Part shown: positions 36,511 to 46,501 of the stretch, in pieces | Layout: every line of letters begins with the position of its first letter | Numbering within the stretch: the stretch's first letter is position 1 | Translations under genes and position numbers: made by a program | Notes under the pieces: generated by a model | The model's database searches: none | What the model was told of the DNA's origin: nothing | Seen by the model: the letters and a program-made list of their open reading frames with translations, nothing else | Assembly: GCA_937966555.1 (NCBI GenBank) | Contig: CALCLY010000025.1 | Location: 57,970 to 121,969, forward strand | Source of the DNA: an uncultured Clostridia bacterium | GTDB lineage: Bacteria; Bacillota; Clostridia; UMGS1883; UMGS1540 | DNA: 64,000 nt | Direction: 5' to 3'

Positions 36511-36573
36511 GGACAATTCACGAATTGTCCGCATGGTGTGCGGAAACTAAAGCGGGAGATTCACAAATCTCCC
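36511..36573 (+). promoter_or_regulatory. Two similar palindromic hairpins/operator-like sites (GGACAATTCACGAATTGTCC and GGGAGATTCACAAATCTCCC) upstream of the next gene
   Basis: Both share the TTCAC(G/A)AAT core. Neither has a U-tract. They lie ~120-180 nt upstream of the ATG at 36690. Confidence 0.4.
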
Positions 36574-36689
36574 CTACGATACATTATTGAACACGGAAAA
36601 GGCTTAAATTCGTAAAAAAGCCGCGGCGTGTGCACAAGAATTTAACGGTGTGTGAAAACAAAAAACGGATAACGGAAAGGAGAAGTGCA

Positions 36690-38540
36690 ATGAATTTTAA
36701 AAAAGCAATATCGGCGGCGCTGTCATCACTGCTGCTGCTTGCTTCGATTCCGTCTTATGCGGCGCCTGCCGCAAGCGAAAAAATCCCGTACGACACATTT
36801 GAAACGTACGGCAGCAAGCTCGGAGGCGGATGGAGAGTGCAGGGAGCGGATACCACGGCGCCGATTGTCGAAACCGAGAAGGGCAAAAGCGTGATGGGTG
36901 TGACAAGCCCGGGAGGAATGCTTGAGATTTTCAGAGATTTTGCGCAGACGGGAGAGAATGTAACGAGCGTTGCATGCGTGTTTTCGATTAAAATCGCGGA
37001 TCAAAATTCCCAAAGAAGTTTTTATACGAGAACTTCAAGCGGAGAATACGCTGTTTTGGCAATACAAAAGGGCGGGAAAATTAAAGTCGGAAAAACGGAA
37101 TATACGGAAATGTTGGTTGAAATTGACAAGTGGTATAACTTTTTTGTGGAATACAATGCAAAAAGCGGATACACAAGATGCCATATATCCGACGGCTCCG
37201 AAACAGTTACGGTATGCTCAAATCAAGATGCCGTAAATCTTACGGGACTGTACAGAATGAATTTTGCGCTTTTTAAACCCGATGAGGGCGAAAGCGTAAC
37301 ATACATCGATAATGCAGCTTTCTACGAGCTTCCGTATGATGTTGAAGCATATGCTGACGGAAAGGACACAAACGCACCTGAAACATTTGATGATTTTGAG
37401 CCTGCCGCTGACGGACTTACGGCGCCGCAGCCCGGCTGGAGGCTTCAGAACATCGAAGCCGGAAAGACTTCTCTTACGGCAGAATCCGCAGAGGGCAGAG
37501 GCAAATATCTGAAAATGCACAGTGAAGGGTTTAATCATTTTGAGCTTGTAAAAGATACGGGATTATTGGAGGGTGAGGCTGAAATTTCTTTTGATTTCAT
37601 GAAAACACCGCAGTCGTATTTTAAATTCGGCCTCCGCGGCACCAGGCCTGACGGAAGCCATATGAACGGAGCCTTTCCGATAGAGCTCACAAAGTCCGGA
37701 ATGCTGAATATAAGCGATGAAGCTCTGACAGCTCTTTCCGACAATGTATGGTACAAATTAAAAAATGAGTTTAACACAGAAAGCAATACAATGAAGATAA
37801 CGGTTTTGGAAGGAGATACAGAAGCGGCCTCCAAAACAATACCGATACCTCAAAATCTTATAAACATTACGGCGTATGAGTTTTATATGACGGTTACCGG
37901 AAATGCAAGCACGGTTTGCTTTGACAATTGCTTTGCGGGCAAAAATGTGTCGAAAGAAGCAGGCGTTTCCGGAATAAGCCCGGCGTTTGGAAATGTTTCT
38001 AAAAATATTGATAAGATTACAGTTTCGTTTGATGAAAAAATAACGGATGAAAACTTGGAAAATGCCGAGGCGCTTATAAACGGCAGCGCGGAGAATATTA
38101 AAGAAATCAAAGCGGAAGGGAAAACCGCGGTTATAACACTTTCGCATGAGCTTGCGGAGAATATGGGTTATCTTTTTGAGCTTACGGGCGTTAAAATAGG
38201 CGAAAAAGAGCTTTCGGCGATAATGTTTTATCAGACGCGCCCCGCCTTTGAGGTTATAAGCGTTGAGGGAGGAGAGCTTAAACCCGGCTTGTTTTCCTTC
38301 ACCGCGAAGATGGCTGCGACGGACGGAGGACCCGAAAAGGCTACGCTTATAACGATTATTTACGATAACAAAACCAATGCAATGGTCGGTGCGGATTTCT
38401 GCACGGCAGACCTCACCCCCGACGGGACGGAGTACAACACAAGCGTGGCACTTCCCGAGGGCAGCTACAGAGCTGTAAACTACATATGGGATAACGTTAA
38501 AAATATGCGTTCGCTTAACGCATTTTATGAAATAAAATAA
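36690..38540 (+). CDS. Secreted protein with two tandem LamG/DUF1080-like jellyroll repeats plus C-terminal beta-rich domains
   Basis: Signal peptide MNFKKAISAALSSLLLLASIPSYAAPAA. Repeat units begin (I/E)P..F/TFDDFE...GW..Q and end YIDNAAFYE / CFDNCFAG. RBS AAAGGAG. Confidence 0.6.
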   Translation: MNFKKAISAALSSLLLLASIPSYAAPAASEKIPYDTFETYGSKLGGGWRVQGADTTAPIVETEKGKSVMGVTSPGGMLEIFRDFAQTGENVTSVACVFSIKIADQNSQRSFYTRTSSGEYAVLAIQKGGKIKVGKTEYTEMLVEIDKWYNFFVEYNAKSGYTRCHISDGSETVTVCSNQDAVNLTGLYRMNFALFKPDEGESVTYIDNAAFYELPYDVEAYADGKDTNAPETFDDFEPAADGLTAPQPGWRLQNIEAGKTSLTAESAEGRGKYLKMHSEGFNHFELVKDTGLLEGEAEISFDFMKTPQSYFKFGLRGTRPDGSHMNGAFPIELTKSGMLNISDEALTALSDNVWYKLKNEFNTESNTMKITVLEGDTEAASKTIPIPQNLINITAYEFYMTVTGNASTVCFDNCFAGKNVSKEAGVSGISPAFGNVSKNIDKITVSFDEKITDENLENAEALINGSAENIKEIKAEGKTAVITLSHELAENMGYLFELTGVKIGEKELSAIMFYQTRPAFEVISVEGGELKPGLFSFTAKMAATDGGPEKATLITIIYDNKTNAMVGADFCTADLTPDGTEYNTSVALPEGSYRAVNYIWDNVKNMRSLNAFYEIK

Positions 38541-38556
38541 AAGGAGATGTTTTTGT

Positions 38557-41007
38557 ATGTTCGGAAAAAAACTAACGGCGATTTTTTGTGCGGCGGCAAT
38601 GACCTTGTCTTTGTGCGCATTGACAGCAGGGGCATCGGCAGGAGATATTCTTATTCCGCAAACAGATTTTGAAGGATACGACTTAGGTCACGAATTCCCC
38701 AAGAAGCAGGGAGTAGCATCTCCCGAATGGTCATATCAGAACGCAGGCTCCGCGGTTATAGCGGAGACGGAAAGAGGCAAAAGCGTTAAGGTTGCGGGAG
38801 AGGCTCACTGTGAATTCAGATACGGAAACCTCGAATGGAATATCGAAGACACAATTACATCAAGCTTTGCCATAAAGAGAGAAACGTCGATAAAAGACAT
38901 TGCTCTTATTATGTATCACAACAGCGACGCAAACTCCAGACAGGTTTTAAAGCTCCGCAATGACGGAGGCATCACCCTCTGGAAATCGAGTTACCCTCTT
39001 TCGGATTTCAAGATGGAGCTTGGCAAATGGTATGATATAACGGTTAAATACAGTAAAACAGGTAAGGTTTACGCGCATATATCGGGTAACGGCGATGAAT
39101 TTGAATGCTATGCCGAGGACAGCAAGATGGCTCTTGAAAAGGTATTGGTTTTCGATATATACACACCCGGTGCGGACACATATTATTTTGATGATGCCTT
39201 TGTTAAGGAAGATGCACCTTTAAAACATGTATTTACGCAGAGAGAAATTTTAAACGTTGATTTTTCGCAGTATGACGAAGGCACAACATGGGAGTCTCTT
39301 TACGGAGCTCCCGGAGGCGCTGCAAACGGCGCGGCAGTCGTTGCAAGTGAAAACGGAAAAAAATATATGAAGCTTACAAGCACGGGCAGTTATTTCCAAC
39401 CTGAAGTTGCGGCTTCGGTTCCGATGAGCGAAAAAGCATTTGTTTTTGAAGCCGATATAAGATATGCGGCGGCGGGCAAATTCAATTTCCAGCCGAGGAA
39501 CACCGCGGGTGAATGTAACTTTATGTATGTAGATATTAACGGAAAGATAAATTTTGGCACAAATAATTCAAGCGCTACCATTAAGTGCGGCGAAAATTCT
39601 CCGTGGTATCATGTTACATACTATTATCTCTTTGATGAGCAGACTGGCGTTGTTTTCTTTGATGACGGAGACCGAATTGTTTCTGCAAGCGGGAAAGCTA
39701 CAACGCCTGATAATAAAGATATCACAAAATGGGGATTTGTTCTCTGGGGCGGCGAAATGGATATTGCCAATATGTCCGTAAAGACATTTGACCCCAATAA
39801 AATTTCAAAGCAGGGAATAACAATAAACGATTTCTCATTTGACAATGTTGGAGACAAAATTTTAGATCCTGTCGCTGACGGCGCCGAGCCTGCAAAAAAC
39901 GCGTATTACGGCTGGATGCAGACAAATACGAAAAACGGCGAGGTTATAAGAGCAACCGCAAAGGGTGAAACCGTAGACGGCAGGAAGGTTGTTGCGTTAA
40001 AGGATATAACGGGTACGTATTCGGAGTTTATAAACGATAATTTGGGGATAGCCAAGAATATGCTCGTTGAAACCGTGCTCCGCGTGACGGACGGCTCGCC
40101 TCTTCATGTTCAGCTTCGCGGACTCAATAAAGAAGGAGCTGCGGCTAATGTGGATTCGGGGTTTGTGTATTTCACCGGAGACAGCTTTAGGCTTTTGGAC
40201 AAAAAGGTATGCGCAATTAATCCTGCGGAATGGTACAGGCTTTCGGTATACCTTGACACAGATGCCGACACGCCTCACGCATATGTGGGCATTACGAATC
40301 TTTCAAGCGGAGAGACCTTTAAGGCTGACGCAGATATACCGCGCGCAATTGCAACAATTACGAGACTCGGCTTCTTTATTCCGAACAAACCGGGAGCAGT
40401 GGCTTATATAGACAGCTGCCGCGTAAGCCAAAAGGGGCAAAACACAATAACCGAGGCTCCGAAGGACGGCGTCGTTATAGCGGCGGACGGAAAGCTTGAT
40501 TTTGCGGTTGATCTCGCAAATATCGACCCCATTGCAAGTTCGATTAAATTAAACGGTGCGGAAGCGGACGCAAGCTTTGATACCTTGAAAGACAGAAGGG
40601 TTTCCGTGTCCGGAAGCTTTGAAGAAAACAAAAATTACACAATGGAATATACGTTTAAGGACTATGCCGGCGGAAGCGTTACGGGTACGCTTGACTTTAA
40701 AACGCTCGCAAGCTACGAGTTTGGAAGCATTGAGCTTTCAAAAACGGCAATTGAAGCGGGTGCGGTTTCAGCCACGGTAAACGGCAGAGTGCTTGATTCG
40801 AAGCATTACGCTACCTTTATTATTGCCGTGAAAAACGCAAACGGACGTATTCTCGACATAGAGCTTAAAACAATCAGATACAACGCCGATAACACGGATC
40901 ATACCGTTTCGGCGGAGGTCCCCGCGGAGGAAGGCAACTACAGCGTATCGGCAATGCTCTGGAAGAGCAATATGCAGCCGATACAGAAGGCGGCTGAAAT
41001 AAAATAA
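38557..41007 (+). CDS. Secreted paralog with three tandem LamG/DUF1080-like jellyroll repeats and a C-terminal beta-rich region
   Basis: Signal peptide MFGKKLTAIFCAAAMTLSLCALTAGASA. The repeats resemble those of the upstream gene (ETERGKSVKVAG vs ETEKGKSVMGV; YFDDAFVKE vs YIDNAAFYE). Confidence 0.6.
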   Translation: MFGKKLTAIFCAAAMTLSLCALTAGASAGDILIPQTDFEGYDLGHEFPKKQGVASPEWSYQNAGSAVIAETERGKSVKVAGEAHCEFRYGNLEWNIEDTITSSFAIKRETSIKDIALIMYHNSDANSRQVLKLRNDGGITLWKSSYPLSDFKMELGKWYDITVKYSKTGKVYAHISGNGDEFECYAEDSKMALEKVLVFDIYTPGADTYYFDDAFVKEDAPLKHVFTQREILNVDFSQYDEGTTWESLYGAPGGAANGAAVVASENGKKYMKLTSTGSYFQPEVAASVPMSEKAFVFEADIRYAAAGKFNFQPRNTAGECNFMYVDINGKINFGTNNSSATIKCGENSPWYHVTYYYLFDEQTGVVFFDDGDRIVSASGKATTPDNKDITKWGFVLWGGEMDIANMSVKTFDPNKISKQGITINDFSFDNVGDKILDPVADGAEPAKNAYYGWMQTNTKNGEVIRATAKGETVDGRKVVALKDITGTYSEFINDNLGIAKNMLVETVLRVTDGSPLHVQLRGLNKEGAAANVDSGFVYFTGDSFRLLDKKVCAINPAEWYRLSVYLDTDADTPHAYVGITNLSSGETFKADADIPRAIATITRLGFFIPNKPGAVAYIDSCRVSQKGQNTITEAPKDGVVIAADGKLDFAVDLANIDPIASSIKLNGAEADASFDTLKDRRVSVSGSFEENKNYTMEYTFKDYAGGSVTGTLDFKTLASYEFGSIELSKTAIEAGAVSATVNGRVLDSKHYATFIIAVKNANGRILDIELKTIRYNADNTDHTVSAEVPAEEGNYSVSAMLWKSNMQPIQKAAEIK

Positions 41008-41036
41008 GAAAATCTGCCGCAGAAACGGAGAAGTAT

Positions 41037-42635
41037 ATGAAAGAAAAAATAATTCCAATCGCACTGTGCGTTGCACTTGCGGCGGGCGCTTCGGCGTCCG
41101 CCGGCGAGATAAATTCCGCAACGGTTGACAAAACCACACACCGTGTGAGCATATCGGGCACGGCTGACAACGCGGGAGAAAGGGTTACGGTTGAAATTCT
41201 TTATCCGAATGTTTCGGAAAGCGATATAGATTCCGTAACACCCGAAAGCTTTACAAAGGTGTTCAGCAACGTTTTCGAGGTTGTGTCGGGTGCGGACAAA
41301 AAATTCACGGTGCCCGAGTATACTCTGGGCGATGTGTCGGGGCTTTACGGGATAAGGGTTATGGAGAGCAGCGGCGAAGCGCCGAGATTTTTCGAAAAAG
41401 CTTTCCGATATATTTCCGACACTTTTGAAGAAGAACTTGCCGCAGCGGCAAAAAACGGCACTCTTTATGATTTTACGGTTAAAAACGCGGAGATTCTGAC
41501 GGGTTTTGCGGACAAATTTTCAGAACTTTCGGAAGATGAGAAAAAAACAATAGTTTCTCTGTGCGAAAGTGCCGCAAAAAGCGGAACGGAATCATACGGA
41601 CGCGCTTTTGCAAGAGCCATGTTCTTAAAGAGCGGAGATGAGGCGTTCTTGACAGAATGCGGCTTTTCCGAAGATGTTAAGCCTGCGGAATACTTTAAAG
41701 ATTTCAGTGCCGATGATAAAAAGAACATCGTTTCCGGAGTTTCGGGAAAAACGCTTGATGAGATGACAAAAAGTTTCGGAGACGCATGTTTTATAGCAAA
41801 ACTTGCCACCGTTTCGGGAAGTTCAGGCATTGAAGAAATTTTGCTGCAAAATGAAGATTGGCACAAAATCGATTTGACAAAATACAAAGCTTTAAAAAGC
41901 AAAAAAAGTGTGAACACCGCGATTGCGGAGGAAAAACCGCAGAGCATTTCAAAGCTTGCGGCGCTTATTGACAAAGAAGTTTCAAAAGTTTCCGGCACAT
42001 CGAGCGGTTCAGGCAGAACGGAAACCTCGGGGCGCGGCGGCACAGGTTCGGCAGGGTTTACACCGGCGGATAAGAAAACCCCGGAAGACCAAACCGAACT
42101 TTTCACAGATCTTGCAGGTTTTGACTGGGCGAAGGAATATATAGAAAAGCTTGCCGAAAAGAAAATAGTTTCGGGAACAGGCGAGAAAAAGTTTTCACCC
42201 GAGAGAACCGTTACAAGAGAAGAATTTGTAAAGCTTATATGCGCGGCATTTGCAGGCGGTACGGCAGAATACAGAAATAACTTTGCCGATGTTTCCGCTT
42301 CCGACTGGTTTGCACCTTTTGTGGCGCGCGGCGTTGAAAAAGGCATTGTAAAAGGAATAGCCGGGGACCGTTTCGGAACGGGACTTAATATAACGCGTGA
42401 GGATATGGCGGTTATGGCGTTTAAGGCGTCGGGGCTTTCGCAAAAAGGCGACAGCATCAGCTTTTCGGATTTCTCCGAAATTTCCGAATACGCAAGAGAC
42501 GCCGTTGCGGCGATGAAGGAGCACGGAATAATTACAGGACGCGGCAATAACGAGTTTGCTCCGAAGGCATATGCCACAAGAGCCGAGGCGGCAAAAATTA
42601 TATGCATGCTGCTTGACGCCGTAAACGGGAGGTAA
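41037..42635 (+). CDS. Cell-surface protein with signal peptide and three C-terminal S-layer homology (SLH) domains
   Basis: The C-terminal ~180 aa contain three SLH-like repeats (FTDLAGFDWAKEYIEKLAEKKIVSG...; FADVSASDWFAPFVARGVEKGIVKG...; FSDFSEISEYARDAVAAMKEHGIITG...). Confidence 0.65.
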   Translation: MKEKIIPIALCVALAAGASASAGEINSATVDKTTHRVSISGTADNAGERVTVEILYPNVSESDIDSVTPESFTKVFSNVFEVVSGADKKFTVPEYTLGDVSGLYGIRVMESSGEAPRFFEKAFRYISDTFEEELAAAAKNGTLYDFTVKNAEILTGFADKFSELSEDEKKTIVSLCESAAKSGTESYGRAFARAMFLKSGDEAFLTECGFSEDVKPAEYFKDFSADDKKNIVSGVSGKTLDEMTKSFGDACFIAKLATVSGSSGIEEILLQNEDWHKIDLTKYKALKSKKSVNTAIAEEKPQSISKLAALIDKEVSKVSGTSSGSGRTETSGRGGTGSAGFTPADKKTPEDQTELFTDLAGFDWAKEYIEKLAEKKIVSGTGEKKFSPERTVTREEFVKLICAAFAGGTAEYRNNFADVSASDWFAPFVARGVEKGIVKGIAGDRFGTGLNITREDMAVMAFKASGLSQKGDSISFSDFSEISEYARDAVAAMKEHGIITGRGNNEFAPKAYATRAEAAKIICMLLDAVNGR

Positions 42636-42640
42636 AGGCA

Positions 42641-45265
42641 ATGAAATTTAAAAAACTTATATGTATGGCGGTTTCGGCGCTGATGCTTCTTTCCGTGCCT
42701 GTGTATGCAGATACTGCCGCCGAGGTGTCTGAGGAGTATACGCTGCTTTCCGAGCTGGGCTTTATATCGGCATCGGCAGCAAAGAAATTCAATTCAGACA
42801 AAAAAATCAAACGCGGCGAATTTGCTTCACTGACATCGCTTTCGATGGGACTTGAAAAGTCGGGACTTTCCCCCGAGGGGGCAGAAGGCTTTGACGATGT
42901 TACGACAAACAACGAAAACTATAAGGATATTCTTTTGTGCAAAGCCGCGGGAGTGTTTAAGGGTGACGGAAACGGAAATTTCCGCCCGCTTGACAAAATG
43001 ACATGTGCCGAAGGCGTAAAAGTAATCATGTCCGCTTTGGGATATGATGAGCTTGCAAAGGCATACGGCGGTTACCCTGCGGGATATTTCGTATGTGCGG
43101 CGGAAAACAAAATAACAAGCGGCATAAGGCTTGACGGAGAACGCTCCATGACATGGGGAGACGCCTTAAAGCTTTTTGCAAACGCCGTTGACACAAAGAT
43201 TTTCAAGCAGACCGTTTTCGGCTCCGAGGCTGTGTATGATTCAGGCACGGGCGAAACGTGGATTGAAAAATATCACGGACTGAAAAAATATTCCGGAAGC
43301 TTTCGCGCAGCGGAGGGTATCTCCTTTGAAAATGCAGATTCCATGGAAAAGGGAAAAATCATGGTTGACGGGACGATATTCGATTATAACGGCAGCAGGC
43401 TTGATCTTGCAGGAAGAGATATTTATTATTATGCCGAAAAGGATGAGGATATTATAGCGGCAATAACTCCGAAAAACAAGTCGGAGCAGATTGTTACGCT
43501 TTCGCCCGACGATGTTGCGTCGTTTAAAAACGGTGTCCTTACGTATTATGAGGGTGAAAGTGAAAAGCACATTACTGTTTCCTCCTCCGCGGACACGGTA
43601 TATAACGGCAGACCGGCATATTTGTCAGCTTCGGACTACACTGATTTCAAGGGAAACATAAAGCTTGTTTTAAACGGCAGCAGATGCAATACTGTTATTG
43701 TTGAGGACCCCGAGACGTTTGCGGTTAAAAAATCAATCGGTGCAAAAGATTTATTTTTCGATATGTACGAGAGCGGAAAGAGCTTTTCCTCAAAGGACAA
43801 AGAAATAACGTTTACCGACGAATACGGCGATACTGTGGAAATAGAAGAGCTCGGCGAATACGATATAGTTTCCGTGCTTCAAAGCCGTGACGGCAAGTAT
43901 GCAAAACTTTATTATTCAAGCCGCGAAATTTCAGGAACGCTTAATTCAGTTGATGAAAGCGGAGGAAATGTAACGGTTGAGGTAGACGGAAGCTTTTTTA
44001 AGGTTTCGGCAAACTATAAAAATGAAATCAGAAAGCTTTCGATAGGCAGTACGGGCTTGTGGGGAATTAATGTTTACGGCGAAATTTCGGCAATGAAGCC
44101 GTATTCTGCAAGCATGAAGTGGGCTTATCTGATAGAAAGCAGGAAAGACAAAGGCTTTGCCGGAGAATACAGGCTGCGTATTCTCTGTGATGACGGGAAG
44201 GTTCGTATATTTACCGCCGCATCGCGCGTTACGGTGGACGGCGATTCGGTTAAAAAGGAAAATCTTGACGGCGCTCTGCCGGCGGAGGGAATAATACGCT
44301 TCTCCGAAGCCGGCGGTATAATAAGCAGCATAGATACTCTGCAAAAGGGTGCGGATGAAAATGAAGAAAGCCTGACGGCTCTTTATGAGGGATATGATTC
44401 GTCAAAAAACACACTCGGAGATTTGCAATACAACGCGTATCAGTATATTTTCGGCTCGAGAGTGCCGATAAATAACAGCACAAAAATATTTATGGTGCCT
44501 TCCGTTGTGGAATACGATGACAGTCTTTACAGGGTGAAGAACCGCAGCTACTATATAAACGACAGAAGATACTCCATAAACGCTTACGCCGACCGTGCGG
44601 ATTCCCACATAGCCGGAGCTGTCCTCATGTTTACGGGCAGCGGCGCTGAGAAGATAGACGAAAACGTTGAGGTAACCATTATCGATTACGTTACGCGCGG
44701 AGTATCGGCGGACGGCACCTCCTGTTATATAATACACGGTCTGCGCGGCGGAGCGGAGGTAACAAACATAGTTAAAGACAATTCCGTTATAGACAATCTC
44801 ATGTCAATCGTTCCCGGACTGAGCGGACAAAAGCATACGCTTTCCTGCGGAGACGCCGTAAAGCTTGCTTTGAATTCCGAAACTCAGGAGGTTACGGACA
44901 TTGAGCTTTACTATGACAGAGAGAATGACTATATCCTCAAAAACTCCGGAATAACAAAAGATATTTCCGACAGCAACAGAATGCTCAAGGCAAGCGTTTA
45001 TTCCGAGGAGGGCGGCAATCTGTGGCTCACTCAGGAGGATCTTGACAAAGACGGAGTGGTTTTGAAGGCAGAGGATGTTGAGTCGGTTAACGCACTGCTC
45101 TACAGAGTTTATAAGCTTGAGCTTAAAAACGGAAAGCTCAAGGCTTCGGTTGCGGGTACGGGGGATATCTGCGACTATAAAAACACAGGAGAGAATTATT
45201 CCAAGATTGCAATGTTCAGTAAATACAACAATCCCGGAGTAATCCTGATATATAATTATGAATAA
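42641..45265 (+). CDS. Cell-surface protein with signal peptide and N-terminal SLH domains, followed by a ~650 aa domain of unknown function
   Basis: Signal peptide MKFKKLICMAVSALMLLSVPVYA. SLH-like repeats at residues ~30-190. RBS GGGAGG. Confidence 0.6.
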   Translation: MKFKKLICMAVSALMLLSVPVYADTAAEVSEEYTLLSELGFISASAAKKFNSDKKIKRGEFASLTSLSMGLEKSGLSPEGAEGFDDVTTNNENYKDILLCKAAGVFKGDGNGNFRPLDKMTCAEGVKVIMSALGYDELAKAYGGYPAGYFVCAAENKITSGIRLDGERSMTWGDALKLFANAVDTKIFKQTVFGSEAVYDSGTGETWIEKYHGLKKYSGSFRAAEGISFENADSMEKGKIMVDGTIFDYNGSRLDLAGRDIYYYAEKDEDIIAAITPKNKSEQIVTLSPDDVASFKNGVLTYYEGESEKHITVSSSADTVYNGRPAYLSASDYTDFKGNIKLVLNGSRCNTVIVEDPETFAVKKSIGAKDLFFDMYESGKSFSSKDKEITFTDEYGDTVEIEELGEYDIVSVLQSRDGKYAKLYYSSREISGTLNSVDESGGNVTVEVDGSFFKVSANYKNEIRKLSIGSTGLWGINVYGEISAMKPYSASMKWAYLIESRKDKGFAGEYRLRILCDDGKVRIFTAASRVTVDGDSVKKENLDGALPAEGIIRFSEAGGIISSIDTLQKGADENEESLTALYEGYDSSKNTLGDLQYNAYQYIFGSRVPINNSTKIFMVPSVVEYDDSLYRVKNRSYYINDRRYSINAYADRADSHIAGAVLMFTGSGAEKIDENVEVTIIDYVTRGVSADGTSCYIIHGLRGGAEVTNIVKDNSVIDNLMSIVPGLSGQKHTLSCGDAVKLALNSETQEVTDIELYYDRENDYILKNSGITKDISDSNRMLKASVYSEEGGNLWLTQEDLDKDGVVLKAEDVESVNALLYRVYKLELKNGKLKASVAGTGDICDYKNTGENYSKIAMFSKYNNPGVILIYNYE

Positions 45266-45298
45266 GGCGGACGCCTTACGCGAAAGGAAGTTTTAAAA

Positions 45299-46354
45299 AT
45301 GGAAAAAAAAGTAAAATACGCAGTGGTTGGAACGGGTTCATTCGGTTCGCATCATATTAATACGCTGAGCCTTATCAGAAACGTAGAAATAGTTGCCGTA
45401 TGTGACGTACACCGCGACACGGCTGAAAAAGTGGCCGAAAAATATGGAATTAAAGGTGTTTACAGCGACGTTGACGAGATGCTCGCAAAAGAGGATATTG
45501 ATATCGTAACCGTTGCAACCGGTGACAAGGCACATAAGGATGCCACGATTAAAGCTTTAAATGCCGGCAAAAACGTTTTGTGCGAAAAGCCGATGTCTCT
45601 CCATGTTGAAGACTGTGCTGAGATGATAAAGGCTGCCGATAAAAGCGGTAAAATTCTTATGGTAGGTCAGATTTGCAGATACACACCGGGCTTTATTGAA
45701 GCCAAGAGAATGGTTGACGAAGGTTACATAGGCGAGCTTTTCTATGTTGAATCCGAATATGCTCACGATTATGCACATATTCCCGGTACTGACAACTGGA
45801 GAGTTGACCCCGACCGCGACCCCATTATAGGCGGCGCGTGCCACGCTATAGACCTTCTGCGCTGGATAGCCGGCGATCCCAAAGAGGTTTCGGCTTTCTC
45901 AAATCATAAAATGCTTACAACATGGCCCGTAAACGACTGCACAGTTGCAATATTCAAGTTCCCGAATGATGTAATAGGCAAGGTGTTCACGTCCATCGGC
46001 TGTAAGAGAGATTACACCATGAGAACCGTGCTTTACGGAAGCCGCGGAACAATCGTTGTTACAAACACAGACAATCATCTCACTCTCTACAGAGCACAGG
46101 ACGGTGACGAGGCGACGGACAAATTCCTCGGCGGCGTATTCCCGGGTGCTGACCAGTGCATAAGACATGAAATTCCCGTTGTGGTTAACAACCACAATAT
46201 AGGCGGCGAGCAGGAAGCTATGATCGATTCGTTCTTAAACGGAACTCCCGTTCTTATGACGGGCATGGAAGGTGCGAAAACCGTTGCCGTTTGCTGTGCG
46301 GCGGTTGAGTCTGCAAAGAAAGGCGAAATCGTAAAAATAGATTATAATTTCTGA
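45299..46354 (+). CDS. Gfo/Idh/MocA-family NAD(P)-dependent oxidoreductase
   Basis: N-terminal Rossmann motif KYAVVGTGSFGSHHINTL and the conserved EKP motif (VLCEKPMSL). 351 aa. Confidence 0.8.
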   Translation: MEKKVKYAVVGTGSFGSHHINTLSLIRNVEIVAVCDVHRDTAEKVAEKYGIKGVYSDVDEMLAKEDIDIVTVATGDKAHKDATIKALNAGKNVLCEKPMSLHVEDCAEMIKAADKSGKILMVGQICRYTPGFIEAKRMVDEGYIGELFYVESEYAHDYAHIPGTDNWRVDPDRDPIIGGACHAIDLLRWIAGDPKEVSAFSNHKMLTTWPVNDCTVAIFKFPNDVIGKVFTSIGCKRDYTMRTVLYGSRGTIVVTNTDNHLTLYRAQDGDEATDKFLGGVFPGADQCIRHEIPVVVNNHNIGGEQEAMIDSFLNGTPVLMTGMEGAKTVAVCCAAVESAKKGEIVKIDYNF

Positions 46355-46409
46355 TTTACGGTTTTAATAAGGAAAAGCTATCAATTTCCGCGGACAGTTA
46401 AAATTTCGT

Positions 46410-46452
46410 GGGGGGGGTAGACAGGCGTTACACTTGTTTGCCCCCCTTTTTT
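46410..46452 (+). terminator. Possible terminator: G8 ... C6 followed by T6, with a large loop
   Basis: GGGGGGGG(46410-46417) ... CCCCCC(46441-46446) TTTTTT, downstream of the oxidoreductase gene. Confidence 0.35.
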
Positions 46453-46501
46453 AATAAGTTTTGTTTCGGTTAAAAAATAAAAAATATACGGAGGTTTTGA
46501 A

